Assembly (NCBI RefSeq): GCF_009914755.1
Contig: NC_060928.1
Strand: one strand, 5' to 3'
Source of the DNA: the human T2T-CHM13v2.0 reference genome, Homo sapiens
Length of the DNA stretch: 64,000 bases
Shown: one piece after another, positions 27,217-39,945 of the stretch
Position numbering within the stretch: the stretch's first letter is position 1
Layout of the letters: each line of letters starts with the position of its first letter
Translations under genes and position numbers: made by a program
Notes under the pieces: model-generated
Database searches by the model: none
Told to the model about the DNA's origin: nothing
Seen by the model: the letters and a program-made list of their open reading frames with translations, nothing else

Positions 27217-27334
27217 CGCTGGTTGTCAGCTTTGGATTCTCCATGCTGGGGGAGCCCCAGCTCACGCCCCAGAGTTCTCCACGGGTCAGGGACTTGGTTT
27301 GGAGAGAAGCGGCAGCGGGGGCCGGGCTTGCTCA
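27217..27334. repeat. 118-bp dispersed direct repeat, copy 2
   Basis: Ungapped match to 24983-25100. Confidence 0.9.
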
Positions 27335-28496
27335 CTGAGGAGGCCTGAGGCAATGGTTCCCTCGTCACACTCCTGTCCTTCCCCAAACTGTCCCCAGTAG
27401 GGGACCAGGGGCTGGGACTCAGGGACGGGTCCCAGCCAGGGCAGCTGGAGACTCAACCAATTCCTCGCCTGGCTCAGGATGCCACAGAAATGGGTCCCTA
27501 CACCAGCCTTTCGGATTCCCTAGAACAGGTGGACCACAGGAATGAGCCATGCCCTGGGGCTCTGAAGCCCCCTACAAACGCAGCTCCCAGCCTGCTCACA
27601 CAAAAGGGCTGGGCCAAGGTGGGCCCAGACAGGACCAGGTGTGCTATGGTCCTCACAGCAGCCAGGAGGGTGGAAATCCCCGGGGAGCCCCGGCCCAGGG
27701 TCCCCACTCCCCACGCGGGGGACCTGTACGCACCCCAGCTTCAGGGCTTCTGCTGCCTGAACACGAGGTCAAGGTATGGAGGGCGCAGCTGGCACCCGTA
27801 GTAACGACTTCATGGGGCCCCTGCCCTGCAGCCTGCCCCCTCCTCCCGCCCCCTTAAAAGGCCTCTGTCTTAAAAAAGAGGACCCCCATACTGGTGGCTG
27901 GAGTTTCGCTGTGTCAGGAGGCTGGGCAGAAGCGGTGGGCACCCTGGGAGGAGTGAGGGCCCAGGACAGCGCCTCCACTCGCTTCTCTGTCTAGGCTCCT
28001 GGGGGCGGGGGAAGGTGGCCGAGCAGCAGAGTTCGGCTGGCAGAGCCAGTCGAAAGGAGGCCGCCCACCCACCCGCGGAGAGAAGGGGTTAGGGCCGGCA
28101 GCCCCCGCAGACCCTGGCTGAGCCTGTTTCCCCAGACCCACGGGGCACCGGCCAGCGCCCGCTGACAACTTTTCTACCGCCTGGAAAAGTCCAGAACAAC
28201 TCGGGGGCGGGGAGCGGGCGCGGGAGCGGACCCCGGCGGCGGGCGCTGTACGCGTGGCACTGTTTACGCGAGCGGCCCGGGAGGCGCGGCCGCGGGAAGA
28301 TGGCGACGGCGAGGGCGGGGCCGGCCGGGCGGGGCTGCGGCCGCGGCCTGCGCGCCTCCTCCTCCAGGCTGGCCGCCGGGGCGCGCGGCGGCGGCGCTGA
28401 GGGCCGCGGGCCGGGAATCGGGGCCCGGAGAGCACGCTCCGGGCGGGGGCGGGGGTTCGGACCGGGCCGGGCGGGGTCGGGAGCGGGGGGCGGTAC

Positions 28497-28596
28497 CTGT
28501 TGTTCGGGGCCTTGCGCACCAGGCCGGCCGCCTTTGTTTTCTCCCTGGCGAAGTCGCCGTCGAAGGGCAGCACCGAGGCGTAGCCGTGCTCGGCCT
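28497..28596 (-). CDS. MXD4: MXD4 exon 2 (EAEHGYASVLPFDGDFAREKTKAAGLVRKAPNNR)
   Basis: Acceptor TCCGCAG|AG at 28596; donor CAG|GTACCG at 28497; 100 nt. Confidence 0.97.
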
Positions 28597-28688
28597 CTGC
28601 GGACACACGGCGCGGTCAGCGGCCCCCGCCCGGCACGGCCCCGCCGCCCGCCCACCGCCGCGGGCGCACAATGGGGTGCGAGCGCTAC

Positions 28689-28752
28689 CTCGATCCCTGC
28701 GCTCCAGGTACTCGGCCGCCTCCAGCAGGATCAGCAGGGAGTTCAGCTCCAT
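28689..28752 (-). CDS. MXD4: MXD4 exon 1 coding part (MELNSLLILLEAAEYLERRDR; Sin3-interaction domain), MAX dimerization protein 4
   Basis: ATG at 28752 (AGGATGG context); donor GAG|GTAGCG at 28689; LLEAAEYLER SID motif. Confidence 0.97.
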
Positions 28753-29873
28753 CCTCCCGCCCGCGCCCGTCCGCCCCGGGACGGCGGCGGCCGCTGCCCG
28801 GCCCGCTCCGGCCGGCTCCGCTCGCCGCCCACCCCGCGCGCCCGGCCGCCGCACTTCCAGACTCCGCGGACTCCGGCGCTCGGCCGCCACCCTCCGCCTC
28901 AGGCCCTCAAATTGACACATAAGGGAGAGCGGCGGCCCGCAGAGCCAATGGGAGGCGGCGTTCGCGCCCCGGGGGCGGGCGCCGGGCCGGGCTGGGGCCA
29001 ATGGGGACGGGTCGAGCGCCTCGGGCCGGGCCGAGAATGTTGACAGATGCAGAGCTGGGCTGGGATAGGCCGGCCGCGCTAGTAACAATTTAGAAGCCCG
29101 AGCTTAGCAACAGCACGTGGTGGCCCGGCCCCCGCGCTAGCTGACTGGCGGCCGCCGTGCATGTTAAGTAGGCGCCGCGCGCCGATTGGCCAGAGCGGCC
29201 TATGTAAAACAGGCACTGCGAGCCAATGGCCGGTGGCGGGGCGCGCGGCCAATGAGGGCGCCGCAGCCGGACGCGTTGCCGAGAGGAAGCGCAGCGCGCG
29301 GGGACCGCCCGCCGTCCTGGGGGCCCGTTAGGACGCAGGAGCGTCTCCGCTACGAGAGCGAAGCAGGGCGCTCCGGGGCGTGCGCCGGGCCGGGCCGGGC
29401 CGCCGGGTCTGAGCGCGACGAAAGCAGTGGCTGCGTGGGGGGACGAGGCCTCGCGCTCTGCCCGGGGGTCTTGCGTGGGGCCGTGAACGACTCCCCTCCC
29501 CGCCGGGCGCAGAGTGGCCCCGGGAAGGGCCGGGACCTCGGAGAGGGACGCAGACGCTCTGATCCTAAGAGCCAGGCGTCTCTGAGGGTGTCAGTGGGGA
29601 AACAGGCCCAGAGCGGGCGGGCTCCTCAGATCGCCCAGTGGACGCCGGAGCTGAGGGAGGGCCCAGGTCTGGGGAAGGGACACAGACGTGCGGCCAGAGT
29701 CGAGAGGCTCCCCGGAGTGGGGGGCTGCATGCTCTGTGTCTGGCCTGAGGGGCAGGGACGTTCCTAGAGGCAGGCGCTGGCCACCTCTGGCCGAGGACGC
29801 CCTAAGTGGGGACGGGAGTGAACCCTTCATCAAATCCCAGCTGGCGGGTCTCCCTAGTGACCCCTGACCCTAA

Positions 29874-30200
<327 letters not shown>

Positions 30201-33200
30201 CCATCTCACTGATTTGATTTTTGAGGTTGGTGGCCTGGATGTGCCAAGGGCCAGGCCCCGCAGGCTGGAGAGTGTGGAGGCATAAGGTGGCTGGACCCCT
30301 CCAGAAGTACTCAGTGGGACACAGGGGCTGCTGCTGGCAATGAAACTGAACAAAAAATGCAAAACCTCAGCACCAGGACTCCTGTGAAAGCTTCGTGTGC
30401 ATCTCCCTGTGTTTTGCATGCCCGGCTTGCAGATCAGGACATGGGACTAGACGCTCAGGGATTTGCTGGGGTCTCCCAGAAATCTCAGCAGAATGGAGAT
30501 TAGTGCTGCCACACACGGCTCAGGGCTATAGGAATGCAGAGGCCAGAGCCTCCTGGCCTGGCTGGTCCTGCTGGGTGTAAGCCTGTGGTGTGGGCTTCAG
30601 AATAATGTGTGTTCCCACAGAGCCCTGCAGGACCCAGTGGGGAACTCGGACACTGCTATGAGACAGCCCTGCATGGACATTGAGACAACCCCCTTGATGT
30701 TAGCAGGGGCCCTTCCTGTTCCCGCCCCACAGTGACGCCAGGGCCCAAGGCAGAGCCCCTCACAAGAACTCAGCACTGAGGCCCTCCAGGTTTGTCTGCA
30801 TGGCTGCTCAGAGCTGTGCATGGTAAAGAAAGGTGCCCAAGTCTGGGGAGGAGCAGGGTGTGTTTGGGCTCTGGGGACCCAGCTCTCCACTTGGGGATGA
30901 GCATTTTGCAAAGTTGCCCCATCCCTGCTTTGGCCACTGGGTGAGTTGCTGCCGACAGCTAAAGCGGACACCTGGCCTAGTACAAGTGCACCTGCTGGGC
31001 ATAGTGCACGCCCCCTTCCTGCCATGGGCCAAGAGATTTGTTCTGTGTGGCAGTGGGCAGCACAGGTGCGCAGGTGTGTCTATGGGGAGGCACCTGCATG
31101 CTACCCCAGTCTAAGAGATTTTTAGCCTCAATTTAGGCCATTTAAGGACTCACCCTCACCTCCCCACCACACTGAGGACCAAGCACTTCCCTGGTGTCCC
31201 TGGGCTCAAACCTTGCCTGGTAGTGTGGGCACCACTGCCTGGGGGAGCAGGAAGGAGTTGGGGTTGGGAGGAGAAGCTGCAGGAGGCGATGGATGACTGA
31301 GGGCTGAGCTGCAGCTAGGGAGGGAGGTACTGGAGGCATCGGCCAGCAATGGCAGGAGGAGAGGGAAGGGGAGGGAGCAGCCAGGAGAGGCCTGGAGGTG
31401 ATGTTGGCCTGGCCCAGATGGCTGCAGGTGGGCCTGGAGCCCTGCCAGGAGAGGTCTGGAGCCCCTGGGGGATAGGGGCACTGGTCCCACCTGCAGTTGG
31501 CAGGGTCTCTACACCCACGGGTCTCAACTTGTCCTTCCCAAGATGGGCAGAGGCATCTTGGGTCAGTGCCGGCAGGCACCAGTGCCCATGGAGTCTCAGG
31601 GGTGGTTGAGGAGTGGGGAGGACGTGGCTCAGGTCAGCCAGTTGGACCCAAGCCCTGCAGGGCATGGGCCATGTCCCCTTCTGTAGGGCAGGTCCCCCGC
31701 AGGGTGTGGCATCTCCAGGGAGCTTTCCATGGGCACAAGCTCCTGCCCAGCCCTGCCCTGCCCTTCCCCAGAGCCAGGACCTGTCCAATGGGCACCAATG
31801 AAAGCTAGGAGGGAGGGGGCAGACATCTCCAGCCTCCTTCCCTGGGGAGCCCAGTCCCCCCACCCTACTCTGGGAGGACCTCTCTATGCCACTCTGGGAC
31901 CCCCAGGGTGCATCTCATTCCTGCCCCATCCTCTGAGCCCCACCCAGCCTTACATTCTCCTTGGGTTGTTCGCCCTCTGTCTCCTTTCCCTCACGACGGC
32001 CCTCCCCAGCCCACCCCAGGCAGGGGCTCCCAGGGAAGGGACAGGGCCTGCATGCAGAAGGGCTTCCCCGGTTTTGGGTGGAAGGCCACGGCAGGCTTGT
32101 CTTCCGCTGCCTGGATTTCCTGAGTTATCTTGCCCCATCTGCCACAGCCTCAGCTTCCCTGGCTGTGAACGGGGCTGGCAGTGCTGCCTCTTGGGACATA
32201 TGGAGGACGGAATAGGAATAAAGGATTCCTGGTTTGGCTTGGGAAAGGCTACTGGGCTGACTCCCCACCCGCAGGATCTGTGAGAGTATCTAAGGCCAGC
32301 CCCAAAGAGACCTCCAGAAGACAGCTTCCTGGCCTTCCTGCGCCCACTGGGCCCCAACTTCCTTTCACTGGACTCAGGATCCACAAACTCCTCATGGCCA
32401 CCACACACACATGACTTCTCGGGGTATCTGAGTCTCGGCAGAGCCTCAGGGAGCACCCCTCACACACCCAGGGAGGGAAGGTTGGTGAGGCCCCGGCAGC
32501 TGCAGAGCCTCTTTCCCACACTTCCAGGCTGACCAGGCCCTGATCCCCAAACTTGGCCACTGACACCCTGCCCCTCCCACCTTGGGCCTCCTGTCACTGG
32601 GTGGGCTGCCAGCAGCCCCCAGGTCCCCTGCACCAGCATTCAGGGCGGGAGGCTGCCCTGCCTCCACTCCGTCAGAATCCTGCAGCACAGTCCCCATCTC
32701 CACAGCCCTGAGGGGTGGCAGGTTCTAGGTCAGTGGGGTGGCCCGGGTCAGGGCTGGAGAGCTGTGACCAGCTCAGCACGCACCCAGTCCCCCGAGGCCT
32801 TGGCTCCCCTGCACCAAGAGGCCTGGTTGTGTCCCGGCACCAGGGGGAGTCCCTATGGTGCCTCTCCTTGAAGCCACCCTGGATTCTAGTCCTGTCAGCT
32901 TCCCTGGGCCTGTTTCCTGGGCTGTAAAATCGGGGGTGACAGTACTTGCCTCTTGGGTGGTTGGGGTGTGTCATGAAGGATGCATGCAAAGCCCTGCACA
33001 GCAGTGGGCTGGGCACTAAGGGGTGCCCAGGAAGTGCCAGGAATGTGAACATCAGCTCCAAATCAGCAAGAGCCTCCAACCCCTCGGCCCTGCCCACAGA
33101 GAGACAGGGCTTAGGAGAGACAGGGCCTGCCCAGTCTCAGCCGGTCAGTAGCAGAGTCTCGCTGAGAACCTGGGTGGAGCTTTGGCTGCCCGGCTGGCCA

Positions 33201-36200
33201 GCCACGGGCCCCAGGCCAGGCCTCTTGGGGGCCTTCCAAAAAGTTTGACACTCAGGAAAACACTGTCTCCAGAATACGAAAAGAAGACGGCACAATCAAA
33301 ATGCATGGAGATGTAATTAAATGTTTATATAACCAAACATAATGTCAGCGTTATTTTTAAATTTAAAATCAGATAATTCTATTTGTGAACAATTGGTGGG
33401 GTAGATTTTTTTTCTCACTTTAAAAGGTTTTCCCAGCATGCAGAAGACCCCCAGACAACTCAGACAACTATAAGTTAAATGAATTTCCTATGGCCCAAAG
33501 TGTCCAAAAGCAAAAGAGGAAATTTTCCTTTCAAACACTTTTACAAGAGAAAAACAAGTTTATGAAAGAGGCCGTGGCTGCAGATTCAAGGCACTTGCTG
33601 TGGTGTCTGGGGGTGGCCTTTAAAATTCGGAGGGCCAGGACCTCTGAAGCTGGACAGGCCCTGCCTGGCCCTGCTGCTGTTCCGGGACCCCCTTTCTTCC
33701 CTGAGGCCTGGGGTAGAAGAGCAGGTCCTCCTCTCGTGAATGGTAGGGGTGCTGCTATCTGGGAAGGCTTCCTGGAGGAGGTGGGTCTATGGGGCCTGGG
33801 AGCACCTCCAGGACTCTGGGGCATGGGGGTAGTGTGGGCGGGCACTTTGAGGCCTGCCTGCCTCCCCTGAGCTCCCACTGCAGAGTCCAGAGGGTGGGAA
33901 GAGCAGTGGCTGGGTGCTGGTGGAGGGAGGCATCAGTGCACAGATGCCATAAAGCTGCCTCCCCAGGGTTCTGCCAGCTCCCCGCCTAGCCCTGGTGGTA
34001 CAGGCGTCCGGCTCCAACCAGGAACACTGGGGGCATGGTCTGTCCTGCCCTTGGTCATTGCTGTACCAGCTAGGGCCTCTCTGGATCTTCCTCCCAGGTG
34101 TAGGACCCTGAGGACTAGGGCCTGGCTACCGGGTCGGCCGCGCTGGGGTCTCTGTCCAGACTTAGGGTGCCTGGCCACGGTGGGGAGACCCCAACACCTC
34201 AAGTTGCACTGCTTCGAGGAGGCAGTGGAGTTGGGCGGGCCTTGGTGGCCATTAGGGACAACACCAGGACTCCTGAAGATAAGCAAGGGCTGCGGTGGGG
34301 GGTGGGGCCGGGTCTGGGCCGCAGGATAGGAGGGGACAGTCCCTGCCTCAGACCGGCTCCCTGGCCCAGCAAGGACGCCCACCACTTCTGAGCCTCCCTG
34401 CATTCTCGCCCCAGGCCTCCCGAGAGCCACCTGCCCCTTTGCTCACAGCCTCCTTATCCCCATCAGCCCAGGAACCAGCACAGCCAGTGTGGGTGGGGAG
34501 CTTGCTGCCCGAGGAAGGGCCGCTGCACAGGTGAGCCACAGGGGACCCGCCACAGTGCAGGTGGGTGAGGGCCTCAGGAGACGCCTCAGCCTGCAGTGGG
34601 CAGGGCAGGACAGGGTGGGGCTTCTCCCTTCTCCCCCACCTCGTCCCACCTCCCCAAGATCAGGTATGGCAATGGTCTCTTTGCCCCAGGCTTCCTCCTG
34701 AGCCCCTTGGACACAGGGAGCTTGGGGGATCCTCCCAGTCCTGTGCATAGCCCGGGCAGCGCAGGGAGGCCTGGCCCAGGCAGCCCCAGCCTTTCTGCAG
34801 CTGCTGGGACCAGGAACCCGGGTGCTCGGGTGGGGACGCCCCTGCCTCCGCAGCAGCCTTCCCTGGAAATGGCCTCCAGACACCATCCAGGCACCATCGG
34901 CCACGGCCAGTGCTTCCTGGAGCCCCTCCCATCGCAGGAACTTCTGTGTCTGCCTCTTGGAGACCCTCCTAGATACGCACAACCCAGTTCTGTCACAGAC
35001 CTCCTCGAACCTCAGTTTCCCCACCTACAACACGGGGATGCTGCTCCCTCGAGGGGCTGTGGGAGGAGAGGAGACAGCCCTGCTCAGGAAACAACAGCAA
35101 TGATGGTGATGGTGGAGAAACTGAGGCTCACAGGGGCTGACCCCACAACCAGACCCCATGGCACTCTCCTGCCCCCAACCCAGAGACTGCAGTCCCCAGC
35201 CCCAGCTGTGGGTGGGCGACAGGCCATCCCTTTTAGAGCCTTCCAGAGCTGGTTCTGCCTTGGCCCAGCCCCTCTCATCCCCAGGTCCTGACTCTGCCCT
35301 TGGGGTGGGAACAGCCCCGTGGGTGGGTGGTGACCACATGTCCTGCCTTTAGTATGGAAAGTCCCGCAGCCCAGAAAACCTCTCATTCCTGGGGGAACAA
35401 GAGAGTTGGTCACCCTTTCTGGGGGGATCCTGCGACCCCAGGCTTTCCTGCAGGGCAGCTCTTAGAGGGGCTGCCCTCTCCCCTCCCCCCTGCACAAGGC
35501 AGGCCAAGGCTGGTCTGGAGGGCTGCTGGGGACACAGGCCACATCCAGACCTCTGAGGGGAAGACCCTTCTTGGTCTCTGCTCCCTCTGCCACTGCTGAC
35601 CTGGTGGACGAGGAGGAGCCCCTTGCCTTAGCCCGGAAGGCGGCCACCGTGGGTGCCTGTGAGGAGCCAGGGGATGTGGCGCAGCTTCGTGCAGCACAGC
35701 TGTCCGCTGGGGTGGGCGTGGGGGCAGGCAGGCCATCTCAGAGTCCCCCGGATATCCCTTCTCCTCTGCTCCCGAATAACTCAGCCCTGCTCAGACAGGG
35801 CCCCACATTCCAAAACACTTTCTCCGTTGCCAGAAAGAAAGCAAGCCCAGTATCTGCCTACCCACCAGTGCCCATCTCCAAAGGGCAGGGTACCCGAGTC
35901 CTGTGGGCACAGGCCCATCGTCGAGGCAACCTGGGCTGCGGCCGCCCTCCTGAGTTCTCTCCAGGACACTCCAGAAGGCAGCCGCTCCAGGCGTGATTAG
36001 CACAGCCCTACGACCAGGGCCACCAGGCAGGGCAGGCCCCAAGTCGGGGTGGCTATGAGCACTAACCCTGCCCCCCACAGGCCAGAGGGCTGAGCTGAAG
36101 ATGCCTGTGAGAAGAGGAGCTGGGCAGGTAGATGGGCAGGGGGGGATGGGCATCACACGGGCAGAGCCCTGGAAGGTGGGAAGGAGCTTGCAGGAAGCAG

Positions 36201-36369
36201 GGGGTGGCCACTGCTCCTGAGGGCTGGTGGGAGCCAAGTCCCGCCCTTCAGTCGTCCCAAGAGTCCAGGAGCCTCCAGCTTCTTAGAGGACAATGCATGT
36301 TAGCACCAACACCATCGCTTTCCAGACAGAGAAAAAAGATCCGCGTTCATGGAAGAAAGGAGAGCGTCT

Positions 36370-37497
36370 GCAATCCTTAAATAGATTTATGGAAATGGCT
36401 TCAAATTACAGCATTTAGAAAATAAATATAATCTCAATACATAATATTTCCTCCATTATATACTCTCCCCCCGACAGAAGCCGTTTCTATGCATATGTAC
36501 TCCACCAGTAAACAGTAATTAGATTTATCCTAGAAAAGAAGCAGTAGGTGTGTCATCTCCAAAAATAAAACTGCAATCGTCATTGCAATGTGAAGCCTGA
36601 GATTTAAGCCTGAGGAGGTGTCCGCTGGGGCCACTCAGCTGCGGCAGCTTGGGTCCCAGGCCACTCTGGGGTCTGAGGAATTGGGCCAGGGTTCCAGAGG
36701 GTGCAGAGGGAAGGGGAAGTGGTAGCTGAGCTGGTGGCCCCGGGCGTCCTGGCTGATTGGTAAACCCGACCCAAGGCCCCGAGCAACCTCTGCCTGCGGT
36801 GTCAGTGCCTGGTCGGACCCCCATGCCATCAGCAAGGGGACAGTGGTGGGCAGACACCAGGAGCACCCTGCCTGCCTAGAGGACCACTGGGTCAGCTTCC
36901 CGCATCTCCCCACTCCAAGAAGAAATGAGATGCATGTTGTTTAGCCAAGTCCTGAGGAAGGATGGTGAGGGGTGAGGGGTGAGGGCTGGGGAACGAGGTG
37001 GGCAGCTGATGGGGAGAATGGGTAGCCTGCATTTGACGTTTGGGAGGCACATAGGGAGCCCTGCTGTGCCAAAGAGCCTGTGGAGTGGCCCTTGCTCCGG
37101 CTTCCAGATTCACCGCAACAGCAGAGGCGGCAGAGTGGCCCCACTCTTGTCCACCTCCATCACCCGCCCCGATTCCCATAGCCCCAGCAGATCTCCGAGG
37201 GACCAGTGGGAGGGCCCAGGCCTTCTCCGCCAGGCACCCTGCCCTGAGGCAGCCACCAGGCTCCTCCGGGTCCCCTGCTGGGCAAAGCTGACCTCTTGTT
37301 GGCCCCTGCAGCCGGCCCGGGGTCCCTGCAGGGAGGCTAGCGTGGGCAGGACAGAGGCTCTGGATGCTCTGGAGGTCTGGGTGCCCCTGCAGCAGCGGCA
37401 GCGGCCTCATGAGACGCAGTGAGACCTGCCTGCAGCGTGGCCCCACCTTCCTGGGGGTTCCTGGCCCGGGTGGGTTGGGGCTGCCCCTGGCACCACG
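36370..37497 (-). other. ZFYVE28: ZFYVE28 3'UTR (end approximate)
   Basis: Follows the stop codon; AU-rich terminal block 36370-36600 with variant signal CATAAA (36386-36391). Confidence 0.7.
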
Positions 37498-37629
37498 TCA
37501 CAGGCCGGCCTTGTCGCTGTAGAAGGGCGTGACATGGAACATGTAGCAGTGGGTGCACACTCGGACCGGCTTCACCTGCCCGTAGCGGGGCAGCGGTGCT
37601 GAGTGCGAGGAGCAGCGCGAGCAGAAGAT
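37498..37629 (-). CDS. ZFYVE28: ZFYVE28 last coding exon ([43 protein letters not shown])
   Basis: Acceptor CCATTCCAG|ATC at 37629; TGA at 37498-37500; RVC motif of the FYVE finger. Confidence 0.97.
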   Translation of the reverse strand: MFCSRCSSHSAPLPRYGQVKPVRVCTHCYMFHVTPFYSDKAGL

Positions 37630-37919
37630 CTGGAATGGGGTTGGGGCAGTGAGGGTCTGCGGCAGACCAGCCCCACCCACCCTGGCTCCTCGCCCTCCCA
37701 CACACCTACCCACCCAGCTCAGGCCGCATTGGTGGGTGGGGACTGCCCAGCCCCAGCTGCCAGGGGTTGTGACCTTCAGGAGGCTGGACTCTATGAGGGG
37801 TCCACGTCCTGCACCAAGGCTGCTGCAGGCTCCTGTTCACACTCGCTGTCCCCTCTCTGTGGCTGGCTCTGCAGCAGCCGGGACTGGACATGGGCACCAT
37901 CCAGGTTCCCATGGTCAAA

Positions 37920-38077
37920 TGCCTGGAGTCAGAACAGGGCCCGGGACCTCCAGGGGCCTCTGCACAAGACCCCACAGGCCTCGCTGGCCTCCCTGGGCAT
38001 CGGTTCTGACTTCCAGACCTCAGGCTCTGTCCGTGGACGCCCTTGGATGCTGAGGGACCCTCCGTGCAAGGGGTCTC
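37920..38077. repeat. 158-bp near-identical direct repeat, copy 1 (intron next to the FYVE exon donor)
   Basis: Matches 41814-41971 with 3 mismatches. Confidence 0.97.
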
Positions 38078-38083
38078 ACCCAC

Positions 38084-38187
38084 CTTCCCACAGCTGCGGC
38101 AGTGGTGCTTCCGGCGGATGACGGTGAAGGGTGCTTTGCACGCCGTGCAGAAGCCACAGGCCTCGTCTGGCACCCACTCCGGGGGGT
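38084..38187 (-). CDS. ZFYVE28: ZFYVE28 exon ([35 protein letters not shown]), FYVE domain
   Basis: Acceptor GTGACAG|AC at 38187; donor AAG|GTGGGT at 38084; WxxD and R(R/K)HHCR FYVE signatures. Confidence 0.97.
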
Positions 38188-38447
38188 CTGTCACAACAAC
38201 AGCAGCGTCACATCAGCGACGGCAGGAGCAGGTGGGCTGGGCCGGGACCCTCAACCTACCCTGGGCCCTCCTTTCCAGACTGCCAAGCCGCCTGGCCTCC
38301 AGCCAGCCTCCGGGGGGGCGGTCTCCCAGCTCCCACATGCCCGGACAGGGTGGCCTGCAGCCCCTCCCCCAGGAGGAAGGCTCCTGTGGCTCCCACAGCC
38401 CCCACTGGTGTCTAGTGCAGTGTCCTGACCCAGAGCCTCCCACACAC

Positions 38448-38552
38448 CTTCAAAGTCCCCATCGCGGGTCTTGGCTGCCAGTTCAGAGGATGACAGGGTC
38501 TCCTGGCACAGTGCACAGTCCTCCAAGGCCGCACTCCGCAGAGTCTGGGTGA
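38448..38552 (-). CDS. ZFYVE28: ZFYVE28 exon ([35 protein letters not shown])
   Basis: Acceptor CTCCACTAG|TC at 38552; donor AAG|GTGTGT at 38448; 105 nt, frame consistent. Confidence 0.95.
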
Positions 38553-39255
38553 CTAGTGGAGAAGGGGGGCCGTCGGGGTATGGTGAGGGAGGCGGGCAAT
38601 TGATGCAGGGTCACCTGCACTTGCTGGGCACAGCTGGGGGCTTCCAGCAGTCGGTCAGCTCCCCAAGCCCACTGGCAGTCTCATGGCAGGTGGCACCACA
38701 GCAGGTTGGGCGCCGATCCTGGCTGGGGGTCTTCCTGAGCAGGGGCCTCTCCTTTGCACAACATGGGGGCCCAGAAGCCTGTGGCTGCTCCCCCTGACAG
38801 GGGCATCCAGCCCTGGAGCCCCTGCATGGCACGTGTGTGGCCAGGACTGCAGCTCACAACCTCCGTGTGCAGAACAGGGCCATGTCACCTGCCGTCTCTG
38901 AATCATGATTTCCAGAAGGCAGTCCTGCCAACCTCCCTGGTAGAATGCAGCCTGGCGGTGTGGATTCGGCAGGGCAGAGCTGGGTCGGCACATGGGCTCC
39001 TCCCTGCTGGCAAGGGTATGCCCTGCTGGGCCAGGGCTCCAGGACCAGGCGGGCTGCCCCATGTGCCCGGACGCCCCATGAACAGAAGCCTCTGTGGTGA
39101 GGGATGGCTCTGCTGGAACAAGTGCCTCAGCTCAGCACCAGAGCACCAGGGGTGGCGAGTAGGGGCTTAGTCCCCTTTCCCACCCTGGATCCTACAGGGA
39201 CCGAGGGCCAGACTCCCTGTGCCTAACCAGTCCCTGCCTTCTCCCTCCCAGATAA

Positions 39256-39365
39256 CATGTGCGCACGTGTGAGTGGGAGCATATGTGCACATGTGTGCAT
39301 GTGTGTGGGTGTGGGTATGCGTGAGTACATGTGTGCACGTGTATGTGCACGTGTCTCTGTGTGAC
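39256..39365. repeat. Degenerate (TG/CA)n alternating purine-pyrimidine tract
   Basis: ATGTGCGCACGTGTGAGTG...GTGTATGTGCACGTGTC. Confidence 0.85.
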
Positions 39366-39945
39366 CATGGCTGTGAGAGCATGCCTGTGTGCTTCTGCTG
39401 TGTCAAGCATGTGTGATACCTCAGCAGCTCATGGGCAGCAGTGGACTCCTTTCCACCCCCATAGAGAGGCGGGTTCGGGGTGGGCAGCCTCGGGCTGCTC
39501 TGAGGGGCAGCTCTCGGTAGAAGAGACGTGGCACCACGGCCGAGTCTCATCCTTAAGAGGGAGGGTTTGGGTTCTCCCAGCCTCCATCAGACGCAGAGGT
39601 GCAGTCACCTTGCTGCTGCACATGCAGGGGACAGAAGCCGGGGCTGTGGGCACAAGCCATGGGCCCTGGCCCATCTGCTCGTTTGCAGGGGTGGAGTGAC
39701 TTCCTGGGCGGGCAGCCCATCTGGGCACTTCCTGGGCCTGCTGCTGTGCCCCTTGGCTCCCCAGCAGGAAGGGCAGCCTGGCACATTTGGAGTGCAGAGG
39801 TCAGGGGATCCTGGGGTCGACGATTGCTTGGTCGGGACCCTATCTCCCCAGGGCCAGAAGGTGTGGATTTCTGAGCACCCCTCCCTGTGGGCAGGGACAC
39901 GGCCACCAGCGCAGGCCTCAGAGCCCGTCCTGAGTGGGCACTCAC

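Larger units (their letters stand above)
27950..29800. promoter_or_regulatory. CpG island promoter of MXD4
   Basis: Very dense CpG; CCAAT boxes at 28945, 28998, 29185 (ATTGG), 29223 and 29249; E-box CACGTG 29114-29119; RFX-like CTTAGCAAC ~29103; forkhead-like TGTTTAC 28261. Confidence 0.92.
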
